64,000 nucleotides of DNA from Candidatus Latescibacterota bacterium (GCA_965205485.1 OZ242180.1:3520001-3584000), one strand, 5' to 3'; shown: positions 37,432 through 48,700, numbered from the stretch's first letter. Numbers and translations: made by a program. The notes: generated by a model not told the origin, from the letters alone.

Positions 37432-38913
37432 TCAGGGCCCATGGCCTGGCAACTGAGAAAAATCGAACCGGTTGCATCCGTCCGGAGGGATAAACGGGGC
37501 CACGGAATGGGGCGCGGGGCCGGTTCCGGAACGCCGTATCAGATCACGCGCCCGGTTCTGTCTTTCGGCATCATTGAGCATGCGCTCGGCGGACCACCGC
37601 GCGTGTATTCTGTCCTGAAGATCCGCCGCGATCTTCCGGCAGTCCGGGTCCTGCGCCCGGTCGTGCATTTCGCCCGGATCCTGGTCCATATTGAAAAGCT
37701 GGCAGGACCGGAACTCGTGATAGTAGTTCAGCTTCCAGGGCCCGCAGCGGACCATGCAGGCGGGTTGATCGCCGAGGAGCCCGATGTATTCTGAATAAAC
37801 TTCATCGGGCCAGTCCGGAATCGGGGCGTCGTCACCAAGAAAGCCGGCGAAGCTTCTGCCGGAGACATCCGGCAGCGGCGGGGCGCCGGCGAGTTCCAGG
37901 AGCGTAGGGCCGACGTCGATGAGACTGATGACCGCATCGTTACGGCCGCACTGAACTTGACCTGGCAGGGAGACGATAAGGGGGACGCGGGCCGAGCCGT
38001 CGTAAAAACTGCTCTTCCACCACATGCCGTGTTCGCAGGCCATATCTCCGTGGTCGGAGCAGTAGACGATGATTGTGTTTTCGGCTGCCGGGGAGGCTCT
38101 CACCGCCCTGACGATCCTACCGACGTTCCCGTCGAGCTCCGTGACCAGTCCGTAGTAAGCCGCCAGTGCCCGCCGGTTCTGTTCGGGCGTCAATTCGTCT
38201 ACCCCCCGGCGCGCGCGCCAGTTCCGCATAGCGGGATGGAGGGCGTCCAGATACGCGGGAGATACGGGCTCCGGGAGAGGGATTTCCTCCATGTAGCGGT
38301 CGAACAGGGGTCTGGAACAGATGAGCGGGTTGTGGGGCAGTATCAGGCCGACGACCAGGCAGTGGGGTTGACCGTCCCCCGTCCATGATGAAATGTCGTT
38401 GCACGCCGTTTCCGTGACACTGTCGTCGAAGGCCTGGTACCCCGTGGTTCCGTATCCGGCGACCTCAACGGCGTATTTCGACTGCCCGGTCGTACGGTTG
38501 TTTCCCGATCCCCGGATTTCCGGAGAAAGCGTCCCGCCGCAGTCGGCGTGGATGCGTTTCCCAAAACCGTGAAGCTGATCCGGCCCAATAAAGTGCATCC
38601 TGCCGCACAGGACGGTCTCGTAGCCCGCCACAGCCAGCGCGTGGGCAAACGTGGGGGTCTGCGGCGAGAGCGTCCCACTGTTGTCGAATGCGCCCACTTC
38701 GCTCGGGTAGCTGGCTGCCAGGAACCCCGCCCTGGACGGAGCGCAGAGCGGATAGGGACAGTAGACGTTCGTGAATCGAGCGCCCTGTCCGTCGAGCGCA
38801 TCCAGGTTGGGGGTCCGCACAATCGGGTTGCCGGCGCAGCCCATCACGTTCGCGTTGTGCTGGTCCGATATGATGAGCACGATATTCGGCTGACTGCCCG
38901 TTGTCCTTGCCAT
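37432..38913 (-). CDS. Cys-type (formylglycine) sulfatase, choline-sulfatase-like
   Basis: PNIVLIISDQH, CAPSR, GRMHF, SDHG, WWKS, DPGE. Confidence 0.93.
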   Translation of the reverse strand: MARTTGSQPNIVLIISDQHNANVMGCAGNPIVRTPNLDALDGQGARFTNVYCPYPLCAPSRAGFLAASYPSEVGAFDNSGTLSPQTPTFAHALAVAGYETVLCGRMHFIGPDQLHGFGKRIHADCGGTLSPEIRGSGNNRTTGQSKYAVEVAGYGTTGYQAFDDSVTETACNDISSWTGDGQPHCLVVGLILPHNPLICSRPLFDRYMEEIPLPEPVSPAYLDALHPAMRNWRARRGVDELTPEQNRRALAAYYGLVTELDGNVGRIVRAVRASPAAENTIIVYCSDHGDMACEHGMWWKSSFYDGSARVPLIVSLPGQVQCGRNDAVISLIDVGPTLLELAGAPPLPDVSGRSFAGFLGDDAPIPDWPDEVYSEYIGLLGDQPACMVRCGPWKLNYYHEFRSCQLFNMDQDPGEMHDRAQDPDCRKIAADLQDRIHARWSAERMLNDAERQNRARDLIRRSGTGPAPHSVAPFIPPDGCNRFDFSQLPGHGP

Positions 38914-39064
38914 ATCTCGCCTGCGACTTACCGTATTTTTTTCCTTCGACCCTGTCCGGCGTTAGCAGTCCGTTGATAAAGTCGCTCTGCAGGCGAGGCC
39001 GCGCAACGCAGTATTTCGACCGCAAGGGCCGGCCGTAGCCCGGATGGGCTTTTTCAACGGGCTG

Positions 39065-40219
39065 TTAGGGATCGGTCACGGATTTCTCCCGATTCCAGCG
39101 GGCTTTGTTTTTCTTCATTTCTTCATTCAGCGTGACGGTGCGCGAGGTGGTCTCCGTGCGCGCGTCGTACAACCATCGTCCCCGGTTGTCGCGGAGAACC
39201 GGCATCCGCTGGTCCACGGCCGGCGGCGGGGCGACGGCCCGGGGCCGGTCGCCGTACCAGTAGGCCACGCTGCTCATCTCGTTGCACAGATGGTTTCCGT
39301 GGCCGTGCTCGATGGTCACCCTGATTTCCCGCTCGAAGCGGACCGGATTCTCCAGGTGGTGGACGTAGCTGGTCTGGTAGCCGTCGGTATCGCCTTCGTA
39401 GATTGAGGAGCCATTCCGCAGGAAGGCGTTGGGTTGCATACCCCATGCCTGGTTCAGATAGTCCTCGCTGCCGGTGCCGTGCAGGTGGGGCGGCCACCTA
39501 TACCCGTCCACCCAGATCATGTCGTCGCCCTCGCCCCACCAGGTGCCCTGGAAATTGGTGACGCTGAGATTGCAGCCGATGTAGTGGCCGCGCCCCTCGG
39601 CGTCCAGGATCACGTAGTTATTTTCCCATGCCTCCCGTCCCGTATTGACGATATCCGCTTCCGGCGAGTTCACCCGGATTTCGTGTCCCCATCCGCCGAA
39701 GGGGTTTTCGCGACGGAATTCAGCGTGGAAATACCCTGTGTCGGCCGGCACGCCATCGGGACAGGTCTCCCAGTCCACGTAGAAGTACTGCCGGTGCGGC
39801 TCGTCGCTTTCGTTGACCAGTTCGAACCGTGCCCTCTTGTGAAAGGGCATGGGAACGTACGCGTTGAGCGCACAGCCGGTTTCGAACTGGTTGTTGCTAT
39901 TGGTCGACGCGGTGAAGAGCAATGACTGGTAGGAGTTGACGATGCCGTGGCCCAGCCCGAAGAAGTCGCCAAGGGGACACAGTACGCTTGGTTCCTCCGC
40001 ATCGTCATAGGTGATTTTCAGCAGGCACTCCCGGTAGTGGTTGCTCTGGGTAAACCAGAGATGGGTGATGCATGCGGGGCCTTCGACGTCGGCCAGAATC
40101 CGGGTCTCACCCGGTTCCAGGGTCCACGCGTCACTGTTTCGCCCGGTCGTGTCCCATGAGGAGTGGCGTCCGGTGCGATTCGACTTGAGACGGGCGAGCC
40201 CGCCCGGGATATTGTACAT
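39065..40219 (-). CDS. DUF2961 / glycoside hydrolase family 172 protein
   Basis: SSWDTTGRNSD, GPACITHLWFT, PLGDFFGLGHG, WWGEGDD, GTGSEDY, IEHGHGN. Confidence 0.92.
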   Translation of the reverse strand: MYNIPGGLARLKSNRTGRHSSWDTTGRNSDAWTLEPGETRILADVEGPACITHLWFTQSNHYRECLLKITYDDAEEPSVLCPLGDFFGLGHGIVNSYQSLLFTASTNSNNQFETGCALNAYVPMPFHKRARFELVNESDEPHRQYFYVDWETCPDGVPADTGYFHAEFRRENPFGGWGHEIRVNSPEADIVNTGREAWENNYVILDAEGRGHYIGCNLSVTNFQGTWWGEGDDMIWVDGYRWPPHLHGTGSEDYLNQAWGMQPNAFLRNGSSIYEGDTDGYQTSYVHHLENPVRFEREIRVTIEHGHGNHLCNEMSSVAYWYGDRPRAVAPPPAVDQRMPVLRDNRGRWLYDARTETTSRTVTLNEEMKKNKARWNREKSVTDP

Positions 40220-40254
40220 GTCAGGCTCCTGAGTCGGGAAAAACTAAAAACATG

Positions 40255-40465
40255 AACTTACATGGATGGACAGGATGTGCAGGATAGAGACATAATGGCT
40301 TGGTGCGGCTTCGTTTTGCCTGGCCGCAACCAGATAGGTGGAAGTGAACACGCGGGACAGTTCATCGGTGTAGTCACTCCCCCCTTGAGGGGGAGTCGCA
40401 GAAGCCGATCCGGTCCCTGAGCTTGTCGAAGGGCCCGGGACGGCTTCTGCGGAGGGGGGATTTCA
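40255..40465. repeat. Family E repeat (inverted) next to family A composite repeat, copy 2
   Basis: AACTTACATGGATGGACAGGATG 40255-40277; 40300-40465 aligns with 11936-12100. Confidence 0.85.
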
Positions 40466-40593
40466 AAGCCTTTCCCCCGCTAAGAGCAATGGAGCGAGGG
40501 CATCCTGCCCTCGAACTTCGCGTCATCCACCTCTATTCGCGTCAAGGTCCTGAATGGGACAGCGACGCTCTGAATGCCCGGACTGTCGTTTAT

Positions 40594-41253
40594 TTACAAC
40601 AACCCCTTCCTTCGCTTGGACTCGATCACTTCGTCCACGAATCGCGGTCCGCAGAAGGCCTCCAGACTCCCGCCCGGGAAGCGCGTCGCCCACTCGTACA
40701 GCTCGCGTATTCGTCCTTCATCGAATTCCGCTACCGGCGGTTCGGCGCGGACCGCGTCCAGTTGCTCGATAACAGCGTGGGCAATCCTGGCGTAAAGTCG
40801 GTCAGAACGATCTGTCACGTTGGAAGCGCCGTCCCGCGCTTCCTGGTACCAGGACATCGCATTGAACCCGAGCACACGGACGCGTGGGTAGAAGGAGCAC
40901 ATCAGGTTCCAGGCGTCGCCATCCTTGTCCTGGTCCCCGGAGGAACGGAAGTCGGAGCGCAGAATCACCGACGGGATGTCCAGGAACTTGGCTACCATGA
41001 ACTCCACCACCGTACCGGAATCCAGGTCCGTCCCGTCGAAGTTGAACAGGCCCAGGTCGCACGCCATCACCTGCTTCAGGTCCTGGTTCCGGATGTCGAC
41101 AGCCCGACCGGTGGCTTGTTCCAGGTGCTGCGGTACGACGCAGTTGTACCGGCAGTCCGAATGGCGCTCGATGGCCTCAGCCAGAATGGCGTTGCCGATG
41201 AGATGCTTGTGGTCGAAGAGCTCACCGGCGAAATAGACGCTGTAAGCGTTCAT
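40594..41253 (-). CDS. Nucleoside 2-deoxyribosyltransferase family protein
   Basis: VYFAGELF, PQ, FDGTDLDSGTVVEF, RSDFR, NLM. Confidence 0.88.
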   Translation of the reverse strand: MNAYSVYFAGELFDHKHLIGNAILAEAIERHSDCRYNCVVPQHLEQATGRAVDIRNQDLKQVMACDLGLFNFDGTDLDSGTVVEFMVAKFLDIPSVILRSDFRSSGDQDKDGDAWNLMCSFYPRVRVLGFNAMSWYQEARDGASNVTDRSDRLYARIAHAVIEQLDAVRAEPPVAEFDEGRIRELYEWATRFPGGSLEAFCGPRFVDEVIESKRRKGLL

Positions 41254-41298
41254 GCCGGGGTTCCTCTCGCTAAAGGCTGTCATGCAGATTGCGCGTGT

Positions 41299-42150
41299 TC
41301 AGAGTCCGTACCGCAGCGAAACCCGAAGCCCGTGGCTGGAGAGATTCGCGCTCGTCTCCGCCAGATCGAGTTCCAGGGGCTCGCGGCTTCCGTCGCGCCA
41401 GACGATTCGCCCCTTGGCGCGCCCGGTCTCCACGGCTCCGGCATCCTGGTACCGCCAACCCACGTCGACGTATACCCTTCCCCAAACCCGCGCCGCGGCG
41501 CCCGCGGTCAACATGAACGCAAATCCTGTCCGGCTGGCGCCTGGCACGATCGTGGTCGTCCTGGGGAACTCCATGCGGGTTTCGCCGATGGTATTCCGCG
41601 ACAGTCCGACGCCGCACCCGAGGAAAGGGCTGAACGGTCCCCTTCCGGGGAGGTCTGCATAAATGCTGGCAAGAGCGGAAAGGGAGGATATGTCGGCCGA
41701 GACGTCCTGACGTCCGGAGGTCTGCACAAAGTTGGCACGGCCGTTGAAGGAGAATGTGGGGCGGTATTGAACGGTGGCTTCGACGCGGATGCGCGTTGTC
41801 GCAACGTAGCCTGCGCCCACTTCGAAACCGGGCGCCCTGGCGAATTCGCCCGAGGCGCTCAGGTTGTCGCCGTCCGCGCCGGTCCCGCAACCATAGAGCG
41901 CCGCCGGAGTCTCGCTCGAACAATTCCTGTCCTGGAACCGCGACGCTGCCCGCAGGTCCAGGGCGGCGGCGCCCAGAACATAGAAATCCCCACGTGCAAA
42001 GGACGTCGCACGGACCCTCGCAGGCGTGGTTTCAGTATTCAGTCCGGACGTCTGTGCATATAGAACAGTCGGATCCGTGGCGGCCAGGACCATCACTGTT
42101 CCGAACAAGAATCCTCGGAAACCGAACTTGGAGTCACTTCTATTTGTCAT
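41299..42150 (-). CDS. Outer-membrane beta-barrel (opacity porin-like) protein
   Basis: Signal peptide, GAGY...RVE, YADL, SPFLGCGVG, DVGWRY, HGLRVSLRYGL C-terminal strand. Confidence 0.8.
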   Translation of the reverse strand: MTNRSDSKFGFRGFLFGTVMVLAATDPTVLYAQTSGLNTETTPARVRATSFARGDFYVLGAAALDLRAASRFQDRNCSSETPAALYGCGTGADGDNLSASGEFARAPGFEVGAGYVATTRIRVEATVQYRPTFSFNGRANFVQTSGRQDVSADISSLSALASIYADLPGRGPFSPFLGCGVGLSRNTIGETRMEFPRTTTIVPGASRTGFAFMLTAGAAARVWGRVYVDVGWRYQDAGAVETGRAKGRIVWRDGSREPLELDLAETSANLSSHGLRVSLRYGL

Positions 42151-42189
42151 TATTTAGTATCAGGTTGTGTGCAGGAATGTCCGCACGAG

Positions 42190-43251
42190 TCAGTGGTTTC
42201 GGCACATTAATCGGTCGAGCGCGTACCGCGCAACGGCCTCGTCCTTCTGCGAACACAGGATCAGCCCGACCGGCGGATTCTCGTCATCGTGCATCCAGTG
42301 TTCACGGGCGTAGTTGAGATAAAGGTGCATCTGACCCGCATCGGCGTGGGTGAATTTGCCTACCTTCAGGTCGATGACCACCAGACAGCGCAGACGCCTG
42401 TGGAAGAATAGCAGATCTACTCGAAACCACTCATCGCTGACCCGAAGCCGCCGCTGCCGGCCCATGAAGCAGAAATCCCCGCCTAACTCCAGGAGAAAAG
42501 CCTCCAGGTGGGCAATTAGCGCTTCTTCAAGGTCGCTTTCAGAGTACTCGTCCTTGAGATCGAGGAATTCGAGAACGAATGGGTCCTTTATCTCCTCTTC
42601 GGGAAGGACTCGATCTTCGGGTCGCGCTTTCTGTCCCCGTGTGAGCATGGCGGCCTTGTTCTTTGAAAGAGCAGTTCGCTCGTAGAACTGAGAATTGATC
42701 TGCCGGTTTAGTTGACGAACCGACCAACCCCCGCGCAAAGCCTCGGTTTCGTAGAATTCACGGGCATGTCTGTTCTTGATCGAAAGCAGCCTCACGTAGG
42801 CGGACCAGGGAAGTGGAAAAGCCTCAAGGAGTTGTCCCAGGCGAATTTCAGTGGAAATGGTATCGGATTTGCCAGACACTGTCTGGCAAATCGCTTGTTG
42901 AGGAAGTTTATCAGATTCGCCAGACAGTGTCTGTTGAATCTGGTCGGATGGATACGAGAGGTAAAATAAGCGCATTTGCCGGATATTCTGACGAGAAAAT
43001 CCGCGCCCAAACCGTTGTGTCAAATCCGCTGCCAGTCTTTCAACGAGCGCGGTCCCGTATTCAGCGCGCTTTTCTCCTGATTGTTCAAATTCAACTATAC
43101 GACGGCCGATCATCCATTTCGCGGCGGTCACAACTGCATTGACAGACCGAGCGGCCGAACGCCTGGCGGCGTCGACAATTCTTGACACATCGCCAAATAT
43201 GGCTTCGTACCGAATATCCATCTTTTCGTCTGTGAGCACCCGCTCGTTCAT
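42190..43251 (-). CDS. YhcG/DUF1016 PD-(D/E)XK nuclease, apparently C-terminally truncated
   Basis: IGRRIVEFEQ.G..RAEYG, GRGFS, LPWSAY, WSVRQL, IKDPFVLEFL, FLLELG, DLLFFH...IDLK, GQM..Y; stops just after YAL. Confidence 0.88.
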   Translation of the reverse strand: MNERVLTDEKMDIRYEAIFGDVSRIVDAARRSAARSVNAVVTAAKWMIGRRIVEFEQSGEKRAEYGTALVERLAADLTQRFGRGFSRQNIRQMRLFYLSYPSDQIQQTLSGESDKLPQQAICQTVSGKSDTISTEIRLGQLLEAFPLPWSAYVRLLSIKNRHAREFYETEALRGGWSVRQLNRQINSQFYERTALSKNKAAMLTRGQKARPEDRVLPEEEIKDPFVLEFLDLKDEYSESDLEEALIAHLEAFLLELGGDFCFMGRQRRLRVSDEWFRVDLLFFHRRLRCLVVIDLKVGKFTHADAGQMHLYLNYAREHWMHDDENPPVGLILCSQKDEAVARYALDRLMCRNH

Positions 43252-43306
43252 GAACTGCTCTTCTTCCCGTAATGGGTTTCGGCGAGAGGCTTGCATTCCG
43301 GACAAT

Positions 43307-43702
43307 TCATCTTATGCGTTCCTCAGCCCAGCGTATGACGTCTTCGGCGATGGCAATCGTCTCCGCGTACTCCTGCACACTAACAGGTTCCTCCAAACCT
43401 GGATAACGTGTATGCGTGGCAAAGCGGGTGAGTCTTGTGGCTCGTCGAACCCTATCTGGAATGCGATCCTCGCCGGCTTCAAGGATCGTCATCAATCGGG
43501 CTAAATCATGAATGTACGGAAAGTCGATTCCGCGCATAGTCATTACCGACTTAATCGCCTTCTCAGCTGCCTGCTGCGCTTCAAAGCACAGGTCTTCCAG
43601 ATAGGCATCAGGAATACGGTTCTTCGCCATCGCCAAACAACTCTTGGCACGGTTCAGCCATTCCCGAGGATCATCGGGCGGGTACCGCTCAGGAGAATTC
43701 AT
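43307..43702 (-). CDS. HEPN domain protein (MNT-HEPN TA partner)
   Basis: WL..A..., CFEAQQAAEKAIK, HDLARL, RYP. Confidence 0.92.
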   Translation of the reverse strand: MNSPERYPPDDPREWLNRAKSCLAMAKNRIPDAYLEDLCFEAQQAAEKAIKSVMTMRGIDFPYIHDLARLMTILEAGEDRIPDRVRRATRLTRFATHTRYPGLEEPVSVQEYAETIAIAEDVIRWAEERIR

Positions 43703-44006
43703 ACACAACCCTCCCCTCACGCAGCGCTGGCTTGATGACCAGAGCATGGCTGTCCTTGTACCGCTCTACGTCGTCGGGGGTGACCACAACCACATCGACC
43801 GCCGCACCGGCGCCGTGCATATTCTCGTAGATCCTCCCCGCCAGGCTTCCCCGATGTGCTCCCTCCTTGATGATTAACAGATCGACGTCGCTGTGGCGGT
43901 TCATGTCACCCCGCGCTGCGGACCCGAAGAGGATGATCTTCTCCGGATCGGCTACCTCCACTATGCGCCGGATGATGTCGTCCAGGATCGGCTGGTTCAG
44001 CATCAT
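43689..44006 (-). CDS. Minimal nucleotidyltransferase (MNT) antitoxin
   Basis: IILFGSAARGD...SDVDLLII; overlaps the HEPN start. Confidence 0.92.
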   Translation of the reverse strand: MMLNQPILDDIIRRIVEVADPEKIILFGSAARGDMNRHSDVDLLIIKEGAHRGSLAGRIYENMHGAGAAVDVVVVTPDDVERYKDSHALVIKPALREGRVVYEFS

Positions 44007-44327
44007 TCTGCGTTTCCTTTCAGTTTCACTGCAACGGCACATCGCCTTCCCGTCGTCACCCGAATATATGACGATGGAATCCGGCGGTCAATCGGATTTG
44101 ACCGAATGGGGCGGTTCAGAGCATATGGAACGGCACGGCAAGGCTTGGATTTCGCCTTGGGATACACTATACTGGACAATACACTTTAGACATTGATACG
44201 AAAAATAGTAAAACTCTTGTTCGGCGATAGAATTAGCGCCGAATCTACGCAATCGGCGGAGTTCACCCGCCGTGATTCGACTGTCGCGGCGATTTGATCC
44301 GGATTATCGCCAACAGCATACGCGCCT

Positions 44328-44910
44328 ATGGATGTTTCCACGTTAGAAATCGCCATCATAGCGATCGTCGTAATGGGCGCGGTGATCCTGATTGTGTATC
44401 TGATGAAGCACCAGATGCGCCGGTGCCGATGGTGTATGCGTTCGACGTCGCCGGTCGAGCTCTTGCCGCAAGGGGAGGGGGAAGAGATACGCGGCTTGAT
44501 CCGGGACGAAGGAATGCCCGGGGGATCCGGAGAAGTACGAGGTGTGTCCGCATTGCAAGCGCATTTACGACTGGCGCTGGTTCAGCGACGATCGACCGCT
44601 CCGAAGGGACTGGGATATGTACGACCGGCAATGTGCCTGTGGCTGCGACCTGTCGCGTCCCGCATGGATCGTCGATACCGACGCCCTGAAATCCGCATTG
44701 CGAGGAATTCGCCCGGAAGTCCTGGAGTTTATGGAACGGACGTACGGGAGAGGAGGGCTGCACGAGCGACTGTACTCGTCGGTGTCCGACGAACATCTCC
44801 TGTTCGTGTGCAGAAATTGCTTTCGGATCTATATGTGGCTGCCCGTGAAGGGCTTTCAGGTATTCCAGGTTGTGTCGGGCGGTATGGACAAATACGATCG
44901 AACTAACTGA
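44328..44910 (+). pseudogene. Membrane-anchored Zn-knuckle protein, paralog 1, frameshifted at a G5 run (44520-44524)
   Basis: N-half (TM, CRWC) and C-half (CPHCKRIYD, CACG, CRNCFRIYMW) in different frames; joined, they match the 44992-45588 protein. Confidence 0.82.
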
Positions 44911-44991
44911 TATCGTGGTGCGAATCCGGTTCACGGGTTTTGCGCGGAGTGCGTTGATTCGCGGCTCCATGCGCAGCGAGGGTAAACTGCA

Positions 44992-45588
44992 ATGGAATTC
45001 CTGGTTCTGATTTTCGCGGCGGTTGTAATCGTCGGACCCTTCGTGCTGATGGTGATTCTCCGGAGGAGCGCCCACCAGTGCGCCTGGTGCCATAAGCGAA
45101 CGGTGAAGCTCGGGAAACTACCGGACGCGGAGCGCGGGCAGATCTGCGAAATTATCCGGGAAGAGGGGATGGACCCCGCGTTGTCGTATGAATTGTGCGA
45201 GGCCTGCCGGCGAATCTATGACGAGTGGTGGTTTCAGTCGGACTGGGATATGTCCGACCGATGGTGCGCTTGCGGGTTCGAACTGTCATTTCCATGGGAC
45301 GTCGACCCACGGAAACTCAGGAAGGCGGTGGCGGACCTGCCGCCAGCGGTATTCGCACTGCTTTCAAAGCAATATACGCCCGACGACATTGCGCAACTTC
45401 GTCGCGGCTATGACGATCTTGATTACCGCTTCGAGAGGAGTCCGGAAGCGCATGCGCTAAAGGCCTGCGGCATCTGCCACAGGGTATATATGTGGATTGA
45501 GATCAAGAGCTATCAGGTTTTCCAGTGTGTGTCGTCGGGGCGTGAGAAGTACGAAAGTGTAGCAGACCGCCGCCAGATGGAGACCTGA
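44992..45588 (+). CDS. Membrane-anchored Zn-knuckle hypothetical protein, paralog 2
   Basis: N-terminal TM; CAWC, CEACRRIYD, CACG, CGICHRVYMW. Confidence 0.82.
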   Translation: MEFLVLIFAAVVIVGPFVLMVILRRSAHQCAWCHKRTVKLGKLPDAERGQICEIIREEGMDPALSYELCEACRRIYDEWWFQSDWDMSDRWCACGFELSFPWDVDPRKLRKAVADLPPAVFALLSKQYTPDDIAQLRRGYDDLDYRFERSPEAHALKACGICHRVYMWIEIKSYQVFQCVSSGREKYESVADRRQMET

Positions 45589-45650
45589 TAATACACGCAA
45601 TAGCGGCGCTTGAGCTCGCAGCTTTCACGATTCTTCGTTCATTGGGTCTT

Positions 45651-45681
45651 TATCCTGTTTATCCCGTCCATCCATGTAAGT
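45651..45681 (+). repeat. Family E repeat
   Basis: TATCCTGTTTATCCCGTCCATCCATGTAAGT. Confidence 0.75.
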
Positions 45682-45717
45682 CCATGTCCGTGAATCATCC
45701 CGGTTAGAGAGAATGCG

Positions 45718-48700
45718 ATGCGTTTTGTAGCGGACGTACACCTGCATTCCCGGTTTTCAAGGGCGACAAGCCGTCAGTTGAACCCTGAAAACCTATATAA
45801 ATGGTCCGCGCTCAAGGGCGTGAACGTGGTGGGGACGGGCGATTTCACCCATCCCGAGTGGATTGAGGAGTTGAAGGACCGCCTGGAGCCCGCCGAGGAG
45901 GGGCTGTTCCGGCTGAAGCCGGCGCGACAATCCGCCGTGGATGAGGATCTGCCCGAACGGTGTCGGGGCACGGTGCGCTTCGTTCTATCGACCGAGATCA
46001 GCTTGATCTACAAGAAGAACGAGAAGACGCGCAAGGTGCACCACGTCGTTCTGATGCCAGGATTCGAAGCGGTGGAGCGGTTGAACGCCCGCCTGGGGGA
46101 CATCGGAAACCTGAAGTCGGACGGGCGGCCCATTCTGGGACTGGACAGCAGGGACCTGGTCGAGATCTGCCTCGAAGCCGCCGATGACGTGCTCTTCATC
46201 CCTGCGCACATATGGACGCCTCATTTCGCCGTGCTGGGCGCCAGTTCCGGGTTCGATACGCTCGAGGAGTGTTTCGAAGATATGCTGCCCGCGATCTTCG
46301 CCGTCGAGACGGGGCTCTCGTCCGACCCGCCGATGAACTGGCGCCTGTCCATGCTGGACCGGTATGCGATCGTTTCCAATTCGGATGCGCATTCCGCACC
46401 GAAACTGGCGCGTGAGGCCACCTGTTTCGATACCGAACTGTCGTACAGAGGCATATACGAGGCGTTGAAATCGAGAGACCCCGAACAGTTTCTGGGAACG
46501 CTGGAATTCTATCCGGAAGAAGGCAAGTACCACCTCGACGGACATCGGAAATGCGGCGTCCGCTGGGAGCCGGGCCAGTCGCTTGCCGCGGACTGCCTTT
46601 GCCCTGAATGCGGAAAGCGGTTGACGGTCGGCGTTCTGCACCGCGTCGAGCAGTTGGCCGACAGGGAGGAAGGCGGCAGGCCTGCCGTGGCCCCGCCGTA
46701 TGAGAACCTGATTCCGCTGCCCGAGATCATCGGTTCGGTGATCGGGGTGGGGCCAACCAGCAAGCGGGTCCAGGCGGTATACGAGAGGATGCTGGCGGAA
46801 TTGGGGCCCGAACTGGCCATTCTGAGGGATCTGTCCCCAGAAGAGATCGCCGGATGCGGCGAGCCGCTCGTGGCGGAGGGCGTGAGGCGGATGCGGGTCG
46901 GCGAGGTGGAGATTGCGGCGGGTTACGACGGCGTGTACGGCAGGATTCAGGTGTTTTCCGAGGCGGACAGGGCCCGGTTGAGCCGGCAGCCCGCGCTGTT
47001 CGATCTGCCGGATTTGCCGGAAGCGGCGCCGCAGGTGCCATCTTTCGAGTCGCCGCCATCGCGCGAAGAAACATCGGGCGGGAACGGTGAATCGCCGGCG
47101 ATCGCGGAGTCTGCCGGTGAGGGTGGATTGAACGATGCTCAGAAGGCGGCAGTGGACCGGGTAAGCGGTCCTGTTATTGTGGTGGCCGGCCCGGGCACGG
47201 GCAAGACGCGGGTATTGACCCACCGACTGGCGCGGCTGATCGGGGAAGCGGGCGTGCCGCCGGAGTCGATTCTGGCGGTCACGTTTACCAATAAGGCGGC
47301 AGCGGAAATGCGTGAACGCGTTCACAATCTGTTGCCGCGCAAAGGAACGCTGGATGGGTTGACGCTGGGCACGTTTCACGCCGTGGCGCTGAATCTGATG
47401 AAGGACTGCACGTCCGGGGAGTTGCCTCAGGTCATCGACGAATTGGAAGCGACACAGCTGGCGGCCGAGGTCATTGCGGATGCTGACGCCGGCATGTCCG
47501 CGCGGGATGCGCGGTTGGCCATCTCATTAGCGAAGACCAATCCCGATGCGATCGTAACCGACGCATTGCAGGGCATAGGTGAAGCGTACCAGGACCGCCT
47601 GCGTAAACTGGGTGTGTGGGACTTCGACGACATTCTCGTGGAATTCCTGGCGATGCTGAGCAAGGGCGACGCGGTGTCCGAGCGGGTCCGGAACCGGTTT
47701 ACGCACGTACTCGTGGACGAGTTTCAGGACGTGAACGCGGTGCAGTACCAACTGGTGACCGCACTTTCCCGCGAGGGTACCGGCCTGTTCGTGATCGGCG
47801 ATCCGGACCAGGCCATTTACGGATTTCGCGGTGCGAGTGCGGCGTACTTTGACAAACTCCGCGAAGATCTGCCGTCTGCGCGAACGATCATGCTGGATCG
47901 ATCATATCGCTCCACGCGCCAGATCGCGGGTGCGGCCGTGTCCGTGATCGGGGATGGCCGTGAGTTGAACGCCGTCAGGGGAGAGGGCGTTACGGCTCGA
48001 CTGCTTTCCGTATCGGGCGAGACGGCGGAGGGTATCGCGGTGGTTCGGGAGATCAGCCGGATGATGGGCGGCGCGGATATGCTTCAGGCCGGCGAGGTCG
48101 GCGGGCGGCAGAGAGTGGGAGGGAAAGGCGACCGGAGCCTGTCGGACTTTGCCGTCTTGTTCAGGACCGGACGGCAGGCGGAGGCGATTGAGCATTGTTT
48201 TATCGAAGAGGGATTGCCGTACCGGGTAGTCGGCCAGAAGGGTTTTCTTTCAGCAGGGAACGTGCGGCACGCGATCTCCTTTTTCAACTACGCGTTCCGG
48301 CCGGCGGGATCTCTGCGCCTGCTGCGCGCGATGGCGGTTCCCGTCTTCCATCCCGGAAACACAGCGCTCAATCGGCTCCGGCGCGCGGGTGGCGACCTGT
48401 CGGCGGGCAACTTTCCGCAGCAGATTCGCGATAAAGTCTCGGCACTGGAGGATGCCGCCGGGGCATTCAGAAAAATGGAGGAAACGGAATCCGTAGAGTC
48501 GCTGGTGAGGACGTGGCAGGAAGTCGCCGGGATGGAAGAGGATGAGGATCTCGCACGCCTTGCCCGGATGGCGGTCAACTTCGATACCGTCCGTATGTTC
48601 CTCGATACGCTGGTTCTTGGGGCCGACGCCGACTATGTGCGCGATGGCGGCGTCGCGCGTCCGCGTGCGGAAGCGGTAACGCTGTCAACCCTGCATGCGT

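Noticed and set aside
40423..42063. 546-aa plus-strand ORF
   Set aside because: Antisense to two well-supported minus-strand genes
45985..47379. 464-aa minus-strand ORF
   Set aside because: Antisense shadow of EndoQ-UvrD in GC-rich DNA, no motifs
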